From Verrucomicrobiota bacterium (GTDB lineage: Bacteria; Verrucomicrobiota; Verrucomicrobiia; Limisphaerales; CANJXF01), in contig JBBQRQ010000011.1 in NCBI GenBank assembly GCA_038214755.1, forward strand, positions 12,011-76,010: 64,000 nt of DNA, written 5' to 3'. Shown here piece after piece: positions 49,400 to 58,764 of this stretch. Below the pieces are notes generated by a model that was not told where the DNA came from, did not search any database, and was given only the letters and a program-made list of their open reading frames with translations. Every line of letters begins with the position of its first letter. Within the stretch, counting starts at the first letter, position 1. Position numbers and translations under genes: made by a program.

Positions 49400-50527
49400 T
49401 CAAATGCGATTAACCTTCTTCACCGAGCTTAAGATTTTTTCAACCGCATGCGCTTCATTGTCCTCGCTCAGCCAAATCCATTCCAATTGCATCTGGTGTC
49501 GGAGCCACGTCATTTGCCGTTTGGCGAATTGTCGCGTGCGGATTTTCACAAGATCAATAGTCTCGGCTAACGGACGTTTGCCCTGCAAATATTCCACCAC
49601 CTGACGATAGCCGATGGCTTGCATGGACGTTTGGTTTTTTTCCAAACCGCGTTCCATTAAATTCTTTGTCTCGTCCACCAAACCGCGCGCAAACATTTCA
49701 TCGACCCGCCGGTTGATGCGCGAATGTAAATCGGACCTGCTCCGGGCCAGAGCAAACACCGTCGGCAATTTTTGAAGAGGAGTTTGCGCCCGTTGTTCAG
49801 AAAATGGTTTCCCCGTCAGACGAATGACTTCAACTGCGCGAAGGACGCGGCGGGGATTTTTTCGGTCGATCTTTTCAAAAGCTTCGGGATCGCCCTCTTG
49901 CAACTCGCTCAACAAATCGGCGAGCGGAATTTTTTGGAGTTCAGCGCGCAAGGGGGAATTGCCGGGCGGCGCTTCACCCAGACCTTCGAGAAAAGCTTTC
50001 AAATAAAATCCGGTGCCGCCGCAAAAAATGGGGACGTGGTTTCTAGATTGAATTTCCACGACGGCTTTTTGCGCGAGCGAACAAAATTTTGCCGCGTCAA
50101 AACTTTCATCCAAATCCACCACGTCAATGAGGTGATGCGGAATTTTTCTCCGCTCGTCCGGCGAAGGTTTTGCCGTGCCGATGTCCAGGCCGCGATAGAC
50201 TTGCATGGAATCGACGGAAATGATTTCACCGTTCAACTGTTCGGCCACTTGCAACGCCACCGCGCTTTTGCCGACGGCGGTGGAGCCAGTGAGGTAGATG
50301 GGAACAGTAGCCGCCGACGTGAGGAGAAGCGCCTCGGTCTGCAACCGGGCATCGCGGCCACGACGCCGGAACGCCGATCTCCTGATCGGCTCGGAGGAAA
50401 TACTATCAGCACCGGGCCGATCAGGAGATCGGCGTTCCGGCGTCGTGGATAGGCAGACCTGCTCTGGGACACGAGTTTCCGCCTCCTCACGTGGGCGGCT
50501 ACGGGCGGGTTCATGGGGGAAGTTCAT
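49400..50527 (-). CDS. miaA: tRNA dimethylallyltransferase MiaA with repeat-derived N-terminal extension
   Basis: GSTAVGKS, DSMQVYRGLDIGTAKP, GGTGFY, TRQFAKRQMTW; ATG at 50527 overlaps the lgt stop (ATGA). Confidence 0.92.
   Translation of the reverse strand: MNFPHEPARSRPREEAETRVPEQVCLSTTPERRSPDRPGADSISSEPIRRSAFRRRGRDARLQTEALLLTSAATVPIYLTGSTAVGKSAVALQVAEQLNGEIISVDSMQVYRGLDIGTAKPSPDERRKIPHHLIDVVDLDESFDAAKFCSLAQKAVVEIQSRNHVPIFCGGTGFYLKAFLEGLGEAPPGNSPLRAELQKIPLADLLSELQEGDPEAFEKIDRKNPRRVLRAVEVIRLTGKPFSEQRAQTPLQKLPTVFALARSRSDLHSRINRRVDEMFARGLVDETKNLMERGLEKNQTSMQAIGYRQVVEYLQGKRPLAETIDLVKIRTRQFAKRQMTWLRHQMQLEWIWLSEDNEAHAVEKILSSVKKVNRI
50307..50502. repeat. Nested REPs inside the miaA 5' end
   Basis: Outer GTAGCCGCC.ACGTGAGGAG pair; inner perfect 33-bp inverted repeat at 50358-50390 / 50416-50448. 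Confidence 0.9.
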
Positions 50528-51330
50528 GCTCGACCCTTCAAGCCGCCCGGCGTGCGCGATTTTTTTTTTGCCCAAAACAAAGTCAAGCCAGCGACGAAAA
50601 TCCCGATGCTGACAAATTGCCCGGGGCTGATCGTGCCGTGGAAAAAATATTCCGACCGGCTGTAGTCGGCGCGAAAAAGTTCCACAAAGGATCGAAGAAC
50701 CGCATAGCAAAGAAGATAGGCCGCAAAAATTTGGCCATCGAATTTCTTGCGCCGATACAGCCACGCGAGAAAAAAATACAAACAGAAATTTAAAATCGAT
50801 TCGTAAATTTGGGTCGGGTGGACGGCGAGGGCGTTCGAACCGGAGAGATGAGTGGCGTGGCCCACTGGAAAACGAATCGCCCAGGGGAGCGAACATTCTT
50901 TTCCAAAACAACAGCCGGTCATCAAACAGCCGATTCGACCGAACGCGTGTCCGAGAGGGATGCTCGGCGCGAGAACGTCGGCGAATCGAAGCAGAGGAAT
51001 TTTCTTGAGGCGAGAGTAAAGAATCGTCGCGATCGCTGCGCCAAAAAAACCGCCGTAAAAAACCAGACCGCCATGTTGGATCATGAAAATTTCCGTCCAC
51101 GGTTTGTCGGCATATTCCTGGCGCCAATACGTGATGACATGAAGAACGCGCGCTCCGACGATGACGCCCAGCATTAGCCAAAGCGCAAAATCCATGACCA
51201 CTTCGGGAGCGATTGCGGTGCGCATTCCACGTCGGCTCGCCGTCCAAAGCCCGAGGAAAAATCCGACGGCAACAAAAATACCGTACCAATGAATGGAAAA
51301 ATTTCCGAGTTGAAGCGCGATGGGATGCAC
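50524..51330 (-). CDS. lgt: Prolipoprotein diacylglyceryl transferase
   Basis: IHWYG, GGLVFYGG, FGRIGC, HPTQIYES, RSFVELFR; GTG start at 51330. Confidence 0.93.
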   Translation of the reverse strand: MHPIALQLGNFSIHWYGIFVAVGFFLGLWTASRRGMRTAIAPEVVMDFALWLMLGVIVGARVLHVITYWRQEYADKPWTEIFMIQHGGLVFYGGFFGAAIATILYSRLKKIPLLRFADVLAPSIPLGHAFGRIGCLMTGCCFGKECSLPWAIRFPVGHATHLSGSNALAVHPTQIYESILNFCLYFFLAWLYRRKKFDGQIFAAYLLCYAVLRSFVELFRADYSRSEYFFHGTISPGQFVSIGIFVAGLTLFWAKKKSRTPGGLKGRA

Positions 51331-51334
51331 GGCC

Positions 51335-51748
51335 TCAGTGGCAACCGCAGCCGTGTCCACAAGAGCCGGATTCCATTTCGTCGGGCGACGGAACGCGTCC
51401 CGATTCCAAGGTCTTGCTCACATATTTGGAGACGGTGTCTTGCACTTTGTGCATCTGCTGCTGCGCGTCCACGAAACCTTTTGCGATTGGGTTGTTGAAA
51501 AACTCTTCGCGATTTTTCTCAAACTCCGCGATTTCCTGATCGGTCAATTGCGAGCCTTGCTGCTGTTTGTGCTGAAGATATTCGCCGCGTTCGCTCAAGG
51601 TTTCGTATTGCTTTTGCGCGGCGCTATCCGCGGCAAAGGCGTCGAGCCGCTCGCGAATAGACCGGACTTCCGGCTGTTCGAGAAGAGTGTGGCAAAGTTC
51701 CTCAATTTTTTGAGTGAGGAGATCGGATTCTTGAATTGTTGTTTCCAT
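51335..51748 (-). CDS. YlbF/YmcA-family protein
   Basis: Helical Q/E-rich body, NPIAKGFVDAQ, Cys/His tail SCGHGCGCH. Confidence 0.82.
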   Translation of the reverse strand: METTIQESDLLTQKIEELCHTLLEQPEVRSIRERLDAFAADSAAQKQYETLSERGEYLQHKQQQGSQLTDQEIAEFEKNREEFFNNPIAKGFVDAQQQMHKVQDTVSKYVSKTLESGRVPSPDEMESGSCGHGCGCH

Positions 51749-51932
51749 AAATTTGATGGGATAATTGCTAATTCACGCGCCGGGTAACTTTAGCCGCTAA
51801 CCTCGCTGCTGCAACCTGTTTTCAGTTTGCGCGGTCTGTATGAGATGGGAGCACACGGTTCGCGCGAAACGAATTCCAGCCCAGCGTCGCCTCTTTGCAT
51901 TTCCTCTTACGGCCACTTAACTTGTGGCTCTC

Positions 51933-53459
51933 ATGAAAAGCATTTTGCGACTGACCGCGTGGGTATTGGTAGCATTCGTTTCCCGTTCGTTCGGCGAGCG
52001 CATCAATCAGGAAGGCCGCATTCTCGGCGCGCTGCCAGCAGTGACGAATTCCGTTTTGTTCAACACCCCCGAAGCCGATGCCATTGTTTCCGCGATGCAG
52101 ATTTTCCCCGTCACCAACGCGTGGAATGAGGATATTTCCCACCGGCCTGTCCTGGTGAATTCCGACGCGATGATTGCGCAAATCATTTCCGACCTCGCAC
52201 CTGCCAATCGTTCGCTCATCGCTTTTTACGAAATGAATTTTGTGTTGGTGCCCAATGACCAACCAGTCGTGCCTATCGATTTTTTCAAATACCCGGACGA
52301 ATCGGATCTCGATGGCGGAACTTTTCCAAATGGCTTGTACCCTATTCCGCCGAACCTTCCGATTGAGACCTGGCCGCATGACAACACCAACACTCTTTCC
52401 GCATGGCAGCAGGCGACCAACAGCGGCGACCGCCACGCCATCATCCTGCAGCCGGGCAATGGCTTCATTTGGGAAACGTGGCTCACGAAACTCACCGGGA
52501 CGAATTGGGCGGCGAGCAACGGCGCGAAGTTTGATTTGAAAAGCAACGCACTGCGGCCCACGACCTGGACTTCAGCGGATGCGGCAGGTTTGCCGATGTT
52601 TCCAGCGCTGCCACGTTTCGACGAAGGCGAGCGCGGCAGGGTGGAGCACGCCTGCCGGATTGTCGTCAAACGTTCGCGCCGGGAGTTCATTTATCCCGCC
52701 ACGCATTTCGCTTCATCGACGCCCGCCACGCAAACCAACGTGCCCGCCATGGGTCAGCGGGTGCGGCTCAAATCCGGATTCGTCACTCCGTCCAACTGGA
52801 CGAAACAGGAAAAGGCGGTGTTGCTCGCGTTAAAAAAATATGGCGCGATGGTAGCGGACAACGGCAGTTTCTTTTCCATCTCCGTCACGCCCGACAACCG
52901 TTGGCCATCGAATTGTTTTAACAATTTGACAAGCATCGCGATCACCAATTTTGAAGTGATTCAAACGAGTGGTCCGAACGAGGGACCGCGTTCACCGGAC
53001 GCTCCGATGGCGGATGCAGGCGCGGATCAAACGTTATCGCTGCTCACGTCTGCGCAGTTGCAAGGTTTTGTCACTTTCACGGGCGCACCGCCCCTCATTC
53101 AGTGGACGCTTTATTCGGGACCATCAACGGTGACGTTCGGCAACCCGGGGCAAACGAACACAACCGCGACCTTCGCCGCGCCGGGAATTTACACGCTGAT
53201 TCTCAGCGCCGACGACGACGTCCATGCGGTCGCTTATGACGCGGTTGTAATCACGGTCACAAATGCAATCAACCTTTCCTTCGTGCGGACGGGCACAACC
53301 GTAAATTTCAATTGGAGCGGTGGCTCGCCGCCGTTTGTGTTGGAAAAGACGGAGACGTTACCCGCGACTTCCTGGAGCGAAGTCGTGACCACGAATAGCC
53401 GAAACGCCAGTGTACCCATTTCGGCGTCGAATCAATTTTTTCGCATACGAGGCCAGTGA
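51933..53459 (+). CDS. Secreted protein with PKD-like domain and C-terminal FYR domain
   Basis: Signal peptide; GDRH, WTSADAAGLP, ALKKYGAMVADNG; ADAGADQT (PKD-like); ends NQFFRIRGQ. Confidence 0.8.
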   Translation: MKSILRLTAWVLVAFVSRSFGERINQEGRILGALPAVTNSVLFNTPEADAIVSAMQIFPVTNAWNEDISHRPVLVNSDAMIAQIISDLAPANRSLIAFYEMNFVLVPNDQPVVPIDFFKYPDESDLDGGTFPNGLYPIPPNLPIETWPHDNTNTLSAWQQATNSGDRHAIILQPGNGFIWETWLTKLTGTNWAASNGAKFDLKSNALRPTTWTSADAAGLPMFPALPRFDEGERGRVEHACRIVVKRSRREFIYPATHFASSTPATQTNVPAMGQRVRLKSGFVTPSNWTKQEKAVLLALKKYGAMVADNGSFFSISVTPDNRWPSNCFNNLTSIAITNFEVIQTSGPNEGPRSPDAPMADAGADQTLSLLTSAQLQGFVTFTGAPPLIQWTLYSGPSTVTFGNPGQTNTTATFAAPGIYTLILSADDDVHAVAYDAVVITVTNAINLSFVRTGTTVNFNWSGGSPPFVLEKTETLPATSWSEVVTTNSRNASVPISASNQFFRIRGQ

Positions 53460-53477
53460 CAGACCAGCAACCCCGCT

Positions 53478-54521
53478 TTAGAGTTGCGGCACGGAGAGGA
53501 ATTTTTGCGGGGAGGAATCGATCCGAATCGGGTTTCGCAATGGGCGGCCAAAACCGCTCAATTCTATTTCAGTCACGTCCCCGTCGCGCAAGATGATGCC
53601 AGCGCCAAAACTAAATGCATCCGCCCCAAAAAAATAAAGATGCGCGTCGCCGGGCCGTCGATGCTCCGGATATTTAAAATGGTGATGTTCCAAATTGGCG
53701 ACGGTGTGCGACATGTTTTTTTCGCCGGTGCGAAACGATTGCGTCCAGAAAATTTTGCCGGCGCGCTCAATTTTTATCGTGCCATGAACGTCGTGAAAAT
53801 CGGCGTCCACCACCAACTCGGGGCCGATCGAGCAGGTGCGCAATTTCGAGGGCGCGAGCCAGAGATAATTTTTTTTCTCCATCACGTGATCGGAAAATTC
53901 ATTTCCCAAAACCAAACCGATCCGACGCGGATTTCCCTCGGCCCCGACGATGTACGCCCCGGCGACTTCGGCCTCTTCTCCTCCGTCGTCCGCAAAATTT
54001 GGAACTTCGAGCGGCTCATTGTGCGCGCGTAAAATCGTTCCGTTCCCTTTGTAAAACCATTCGGGTGCGACGCCGATTTCTCCTTCCGCAGGACGTCCGC
54101 CTGCAACGCCCCACTGATACATTTTCATGCTGTCGGTCAACGCAGGTTCTTTTTTTTTTGGGGGTAATTCTTCGCCGGCCTGCAAGGCGCTGGTGTTGGC
54201 GTGCATGGCCTGGCGGTTCTCCGCGCTTTTTTTGTGGGTCAATCCTGTGCCGGTCACGAGGCAACGCGGCGGTTCATCGGGATGGTCGAACGCAGGGAGC
54301 AAACGCCACTCAGAATCGCCCGCGTAAATGGAATCGTAATCCAGCGCCTCCGAAGAAAGCCGCGATGAAATGATTTTCTCCAATGAAATTTTTTCCGCAA
54401 CGGCCAGTTGCGCCAGCGAAAAAATAGAAGTTGTCTCGTTAAGCAATCGCAGTCGCGGCTCATCCACCACCGCGATGCGCCGCCCGTGTTGGGGATGAAT
54501 CAGTTGAATCAGGCGTATCAT
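53478..54521 (-). CDS. AraD1/GguC-family (FAH-like) sugar catabolism protein
   Basis: VTGTGLTH, PEWFYKG, DGGEEAE, NEFSDH..EKKNYLWLAPSKLR, LEHHHFKY. Confidence 0.85.
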   Translation of the reverse strand: MIRLIQLIHPQHGRRIAVVDEPRLRLLNETTSIFSLAQLAVAEKISLEKIISSRLSSEALDYDSIYAGDSEWRLLPAFDHPDEPPRCLVTGTGLTHKKSAENRQAMHANTSALQAGEELPPKKKEPALTDSMKMYQWGVAGGRPAEGEIGVAPEWFYKGNGTILRAHNEPLEVPNFADDGGEEAEVAGAYIVGAEGNPRRIGLVLGNEFSDHVMEKKNYLWLAPSKLRTCSIGPELVVDADFHDVHGTIKIERAGKIFWTQSFRTGEKNMSHTVANLEHHHFKYPEHRRPGDAHLYFFGADAFSFGAGIILRDGDVTEIELSGFGRPLRNPIRIDSSPQKFLSVPQL

Positions 54522-54526
54522 TTGAC

Positions 54527-55441
54527 TTAAATATTTTGAGAATTTGTTGCCGGCGTTTTGCCAATCCGCTTTGCCGGTTCGATGTGCACCAACACGTCAT
54601 GCACCGCAGGAAGTTGCCCGCGAATTTCATCTTTTACGCGATGCGCGATCTCGTGCGCCTGCTGCACCGTCATTTGCGGATCAACTTCCACGTGCATATC
54701 GACGAAATAATTAAAACCCATTTTCCGCACAAAACATTTTTCGACTGCGCTGACGTTGGGAATTGCCTCGGCAATTTTCTGAATCTCCGCGTTGAAACTT
54801 TTGCTGGGCGCAGTGTCCATCAATTCATCCAAAGCGGGTCGCAATAATTTCCATCCATTCCAAGCCACGATCAGCGCCGCCACCACTGCGGCGATGGAGT
54901 CAGCGGACTCAAAACCGCGTCCGCCAATCAACGCGATGCTGATTCCGATCGCCGCGGCCAGAGACGTGACGGCGTCGCTCCGATGATGCCATGCGTCAGT
55001 TCGGACGACAGCGCTTTGGATTTCCATTCCTTCGCGCGCGGCAAAACGAAAAAGAAATTCCTTCACAACAATTGTCGCGATCAAAATCACCAGAGTAAAA
55101 CCGGCGGGACCGGCGTGGGGTAAAAACATTTCGCGCACGGCTTGCACGGAAATTCCCACCGCCGCAGCCAACAAAATGGTGGAAACGATGGCCGCCGCGA
55201 TTGGCTCGGCTTTGCCGTGGCCGTAGGGATGATTTTCATCGGCCGGTTCCGCCGCCACCACCACTCCGCGCCAAACGACGATGGAACTGAAAACGTCGGC
55301 GAGCGATTCCACTGCATCGGCGATGAGCGCGTAGGAATTTCCCAAAATGCCGGCGGTCAACTTGGCGGCGGCCAAAACAATGTTCACCGCCATCCCGAGA
55401 AAGGTGACTTGCAAACTGCGCCTTAATCGGGTTTTGGACAC
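54527..55441 (-). CDS. Cation diffusion facilitator family transporter
   Basis: ALIADAVESLAD, HPYGHGKAE, DAWHHRSD, LVHIEP. Confidence 0.93.
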   Translation of the reverse strand: MSKTRLRRSLQVTFLGMAVNIVLAAAKLTAGILGNSYALIADAVESLADVFSSIVVWRGVVVAAEPADENHPYGHGKAEPIAAAIVSTILLAAAVGISVQAVREMFLPHAGPAGFTLVILIATIVVKEFLFRFAAREGMEIQSAVVRTDAWHHRSDAVTSLAAAIGISIALIGGRGFESADSIAAVVAALIVAWNGWKLLRPALDELMDTAPSKSFNAEIQKIAEAIPNVSAVEKCFVRKMGFNYFVDMHVEVDPQMTVQQAHEIAHRVKDEIRGQLPAVHDVLVHIEPAKRIGKTPATNSQNI

Positions 55442-55550
55442 GAACGAAATAAATCACGGCTCGCGCGAAGAAGAAATAAAGAATCTGCTGGATGACTCGA
55501 TGAAAAGCTTCGCGCCTAACTCTGCGAGCGATGAATGAGTGAAACAACGC

Positions 55551-55701
55551 CGGGTAGCATCTGCCTCCAGCGGGTGCGAAGACATTTTTCGGAACGCCGA
55601 TCTCCTGATCGGCTCGTAGCGGTGAATATGGGTGCGCGCCGATCAGGAGATCGGCGTTCCCAAGAGGTTTCTTCGCACCCGCCGGAGGCAGATGCTACCC
55701 G
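55551..55701. repeat. Nested REPINs: GGGTAGCATCTGCC pair around a GGAACGCCGATCTCCTGATCGGC pair
   Basis: Outer inverted repeat spans 55551-55701; inner arms at 55591-55613 / 55638-55660. Confidence 0.88.
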
Positions 55702-55833
55702 CTTGGGATTCGGACGGGGCGGTAAGTTCGGTGGGACATCGCCGGTGGTGGATTCCTAATCAGGATTCGCCTTTAAACCGAATTACTTGCACTCGACAAC
55801 GAAAAATTTTTTGGCAACTTCCTTTTTCACCAA

Positions 55834-56577
55834 ATGGTTTTACAACGCAATCTTTATGAAAAATCCGGCTCATGGCTTTTTCAGCACCGCAGCTTCCTGG
55901 CTCTGGCGGGTTTTCCCCTTCTCATCGTCGGCTTAAAATCCTTCAGCTACATTCATCACAGCCATCAAATTACGGAGGAATGGCAGCTTCTTTGTTTTTT
56001 CGTTTCGTTGTCCGGTCTGGCCTTGCGCATTTTTACCATTGGGTTTGTGCCGAGGCGAACGTCGGGACGCAATACCCACAGCCAGGTGGCCGAGACCTTG
56101 AATACCACCGGTATTTACTCGCTCGTCCGCAATCCACTCTATTTGGGCAATTATTTAATCATGCTCGGCTTCGCCATGTTCTTTCATTTGTGGTGGCTGG
56201 TTGTGATCGCGTCATTGATCTGCGCCCTGGGTTATCATGCCATTGTTTGCGCTGAAGAAGCGTTCTTAAAAAAAAGTTTCGGCAAGGAGTTTGACGATTG
56301 GGCGTCGCGCACGCCCGTCTTCATTCCCAAGTTGTCGGGCTGGGTTCCGCCGTCGCTCGGCTTTTGCTGGCGCACCGTTTGCCGTCGTGAATACACCGCT
56401 TTTTTTCTGATCACCGCGGGATTTTTTTTGCTGGATGTTGCGGCAGACTCGATCGCCGAAGGGGCCGTGCGAATCAGAGGAGAGTGGGCGCTTATTTTTG
56501 GGGTGGGCGCATTAACTTACCTGACGCTCCGCACTTTAAAAAAGAAGACCCATCTCCTGCGGGTGCCAGGTCGATAA
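55834..56577 (+). CDS. Isoprenylcysteine carboxylmethyltransferase-family membrane protein (LmtA-like)
   Basis: TSGRNT..QVAETLNTTGIYSLVRNPLYLGN; EEAFL...FG. Confidence 0.82.
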   Translation: MVLQRNLYEKSGSWLFQHRSFLALAGFPLLIVGLKSFSYIHHSHQITEEWQLLCFFVSLSGLALRIFTIGFVPRRTSGRNTHSQVAETLNTTGIYSLVRNPLYLGNYLIMLGFAMFFHLWWLVVIASLICALGYHAIVCAEEAFLKKSFGKEFDDWASRTPVFIPKLSGWVPPSLGFCWRTVCRREYTAFFLITAGFFLLDVAADSIAEGAVRIRGEWALIFGVGALTYLTLRTLKKKTHLLRVPGR

Positions 56578-56779
56578 CTTGCTGGCGAGGCACCGTCAGG
56601 CAAATCCCTTTCTCTTCTCCACTTTTCATGCGGCTCCATCCACAATCTGACAGAGCAGCGGCGTCATTTTATGGCCGGAGTATTTCTCGTATTCGCGGGA
56701 GATTTGTCTGCCCAAGTCTCGATGGCAGTTTGACAAAAATTCTGTGACGGAATAACCGGCTCCATGATAATTTGAGTTT

Positions 56780-57085
56780 GTGAAAACCAAGTCAGCAAAG
56801 TCAGCAAATTATCCGCACCTTACTTCCAACCCGACAATTGCGAACGGCGCTCCGGTTATTCGGGGAACCCGCATTACCGTGCGGACACTGGCCGGCTATT
56901 ACCAACTCGGCATGAGCGTAGATGAGATTTTGCAGAGCCTTCCTCACCTCTCGCAGTCGCAAGTCCACAGCGCGTTGTCGTTTTATTTTGATCATCAAAA
57001 GGAAATGGATCGCGACATAAAACTAAATAACGACATCGATTATTGGCGCAAACAAGTGAAGCGAGACGTGGCGGTTCCTGCTTGA
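56780..57085 (+). CDS. DUF433-family antitoxin
   Basis: PTIANGAPVIRGTRITV...GMSVDEILQSLPHLS..QVHSALSFY. Confidence 0.9.
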   Translation: MKTKSAKSANYPHLTSNPTIANGAPVIRGTRITVRTLAGYYQLGMSVDEILQSLPHLSQSQVHSALSFYFDHQKEMDRDIKLNNDIDYWRKQVKRDVAVPA

Positions 57086-57088
57086 ACC

Positions 57089-57424
57089 ATGAAACTCCGT
57101 CTTTTTTTAGACGAAGATGTTCACTTGGTTTTGGCGGAGGCTCTTCGCAAACGCGGGCACGACGCCATTCATGCGAGAGAAATAAAGCGCCAAAGTTTAT
57201 CAGACGAATCACAATTAGCTTTCGCCGCTGAAGAAAACCGTTGCGTCGTCACCTTCAATGTTGGTGATTTTGTTCGATTGCATAATGGTTGGATTGACCA
57301 CCGAGAACACTCCGGGATTATCGTTTCAAAACAATTGCCGATTGGCGAATGCTTGCGGCGTTTATTGTTGCTTTTGCAAAAAGAAAATTCTGAAACGATA
57401 CGGGGACAAATCCGGTTTCTTTAA
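57089..57424 (+). CDS. DUF5615 PIN-like toxin
   Basis: LFLDEDV...LRKRGHD...SDESQL.FA....R.VVTFN..DF...HSGII. Confidence 0.9.
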   Translation: MKLRLFLDEDVHLVLAEALRKRGHDAIHAREIKRQSLSDESQLAFAAEENRCVVTFNVGDFVRLHNGWIDHREHSGIIVSKQLPIGECLRRLLLLLQKENSETIRGQIRFL

Positions 57425-57438
57425 ATTTCCTGAATAGA

Positions 57439-58659
57439 TCACTTTCCCCCATCCACAATCTGACAGAGCAGCGGCGTCATTTTATGGCCGGAGTTTTTCT
57501 CGTATTCGCCTGACATGTGTTGGCTGAAATTTTCGATAGCATCGCGTTTGATCAAATTGATCGTCGCGCCGCCGAAACCGCCGCCCGTCAAGCGCGCGCC
57601 GAACGTCGCCGGATGTTTTCGCGCCAACTCGACCAGCAAATCCAACTCCCGTGTGCTGTTGCCAAAATAATCGCGCGAGCTTTCGTGACTCTGAAACATG
57701 TATTGGCCAAACTGCGCGAAATCATCCTGCCGCAAAGCGCGCGCGCCAAAAATCACCCGCTGGATTTCGCCGACGACATGATAGGCGGATCGGTATTCCC
57801 GCTCGGTCAACTTCGATTTATTTTCCGCCAGCATTTTGGAATCGACGGCGCGCAACGATTTGACGCCAATTTTTTTTGCGGCGCTTTCACACAGGCGGCG
57901 CAGTTCGTTGTATTCGCCACCGACGAGCGAATGTTTCACGCCGGAATCGCAAATCAGAATCGCGATGTCGCCCAGCATCGGAACGTGAGCAACGGTCAAC
58001 TGTTGGCAATCAATTTCCATGGCGTGAAAAGCTTTGCCGAAGAGTGAAGAAATCTGATCGAGAATTCCACTTTGCACACCCACGAATTGGTTTTCGGCGC
58101 GCTGACAAAGGCGGGCGAGATTTAATTTTTCTTCAAGACGGAGTTCGCGCAATTCACCTTTCGCATCGCGCTTGGGCGGAACGGTCGTGCCGGTTTCCGT
58201 CACGGTGAATGGATAAAGTTGGCGCACGGTCAGCGCCGTGGCGACTTCGAGCGCAGCGGAACTGCTCATGCCCGCGCCCAGCGGGACGGTGCCGTGAATG
58301 GCCAAGTTGAATCCGCCAAAATGCGCGGCGTGTTTTCGCAACTGTTCCAAAACGCCTTTCACATAATCGGCCCACGGCGCGGAAAGATTTTTTTTTAGAT
58401 CACTGATGAAAAATTTTTCCCTCTCGGGAAACGCGGATGAAACGAGTTCGACGCCGCCATCGCTGCGCGGCGATGATGCGATGAAAATATATTTATCCAC
58501 CGCCAGCGACATGACGAGGCCCTGATTGTAATCGGTGTGATTGCCGAGAAGTTCGAGCCGTCCCGGCGCTTGCACCTCGTGCGTGGGTGTGTAACCAAAT
58601 TGTTTTTGAAATAAATTGCGGACTTCAAGTAGTCCGCTTTTCGGCGTCACTGTTTTCAT
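57439..58659 (-). CDS. galK: Galactokinase
   Basis: APGRLELLGNHTDYNQG, PLGAGMSSSAA, GILDQ, GARLTGGGFGG; ATG at 58659. Confidence 0.92.
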   Translation of the reverse strand: MKTVTPKSGLLEVRNLFQKQFGYTPTHEVQAPGRLELLGNHTDYNQGLVMSLAVDKYIFIASSPRSDGGVELVSSAFPEREKFFISDLKKNLSAPWADYVKGVLEQLRKHAAHFGGFNLAIHGTVPLGAGMSSSAALEVATALTVRQLYPFTVTETGTTVPPKRDAKGELRELRLEEKLNLARLCQRAENQFVGVQSGILDQISSLFGKAFHAMEIDCQQLTVAHVPMLGDIAILICDSGVKHSLVGGEYNELRRLCESAAKKIGVKSLRAVDSKMLAENKSKLTEREYRSAYHVVGEIQRVIFGARALRQDDFAQFGQYMFQSHESSRDYFGNSTRELDLLVELARKHPATFGARLTGGGFGGATINLIKRDAIENFSQHMSGEYEKNSGHKMTPLLCQIVDGGK

Positions 58660-58764
58660 CGTCCGCAGTTTATTTTGGCAGCGTTTAAATCGGAAATTTG
58701 CGGAGATACGGTGTTTTCGATCAACCATTTTTTTGCGGGCGTCGCGGGCGGGGCGCATCTTGAG

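Larger units (their letters stand above)
56636..57509. mobile_element. Toxin-antitoxin mini-island bounded by 61-bp direct repeats of the galK 3' end
   Basis: 56636-56696 equals 57449-57509 with one mismatch. Confidence 0.75.

Noticed and set aside
49400..51289. 629-aa ORF suggesting a large MiaA fusion
   Set aside because: The first 254 codons are an alternative frame over lgt; the ATG at 50527 coupled to the lgt stop is the plausible start.
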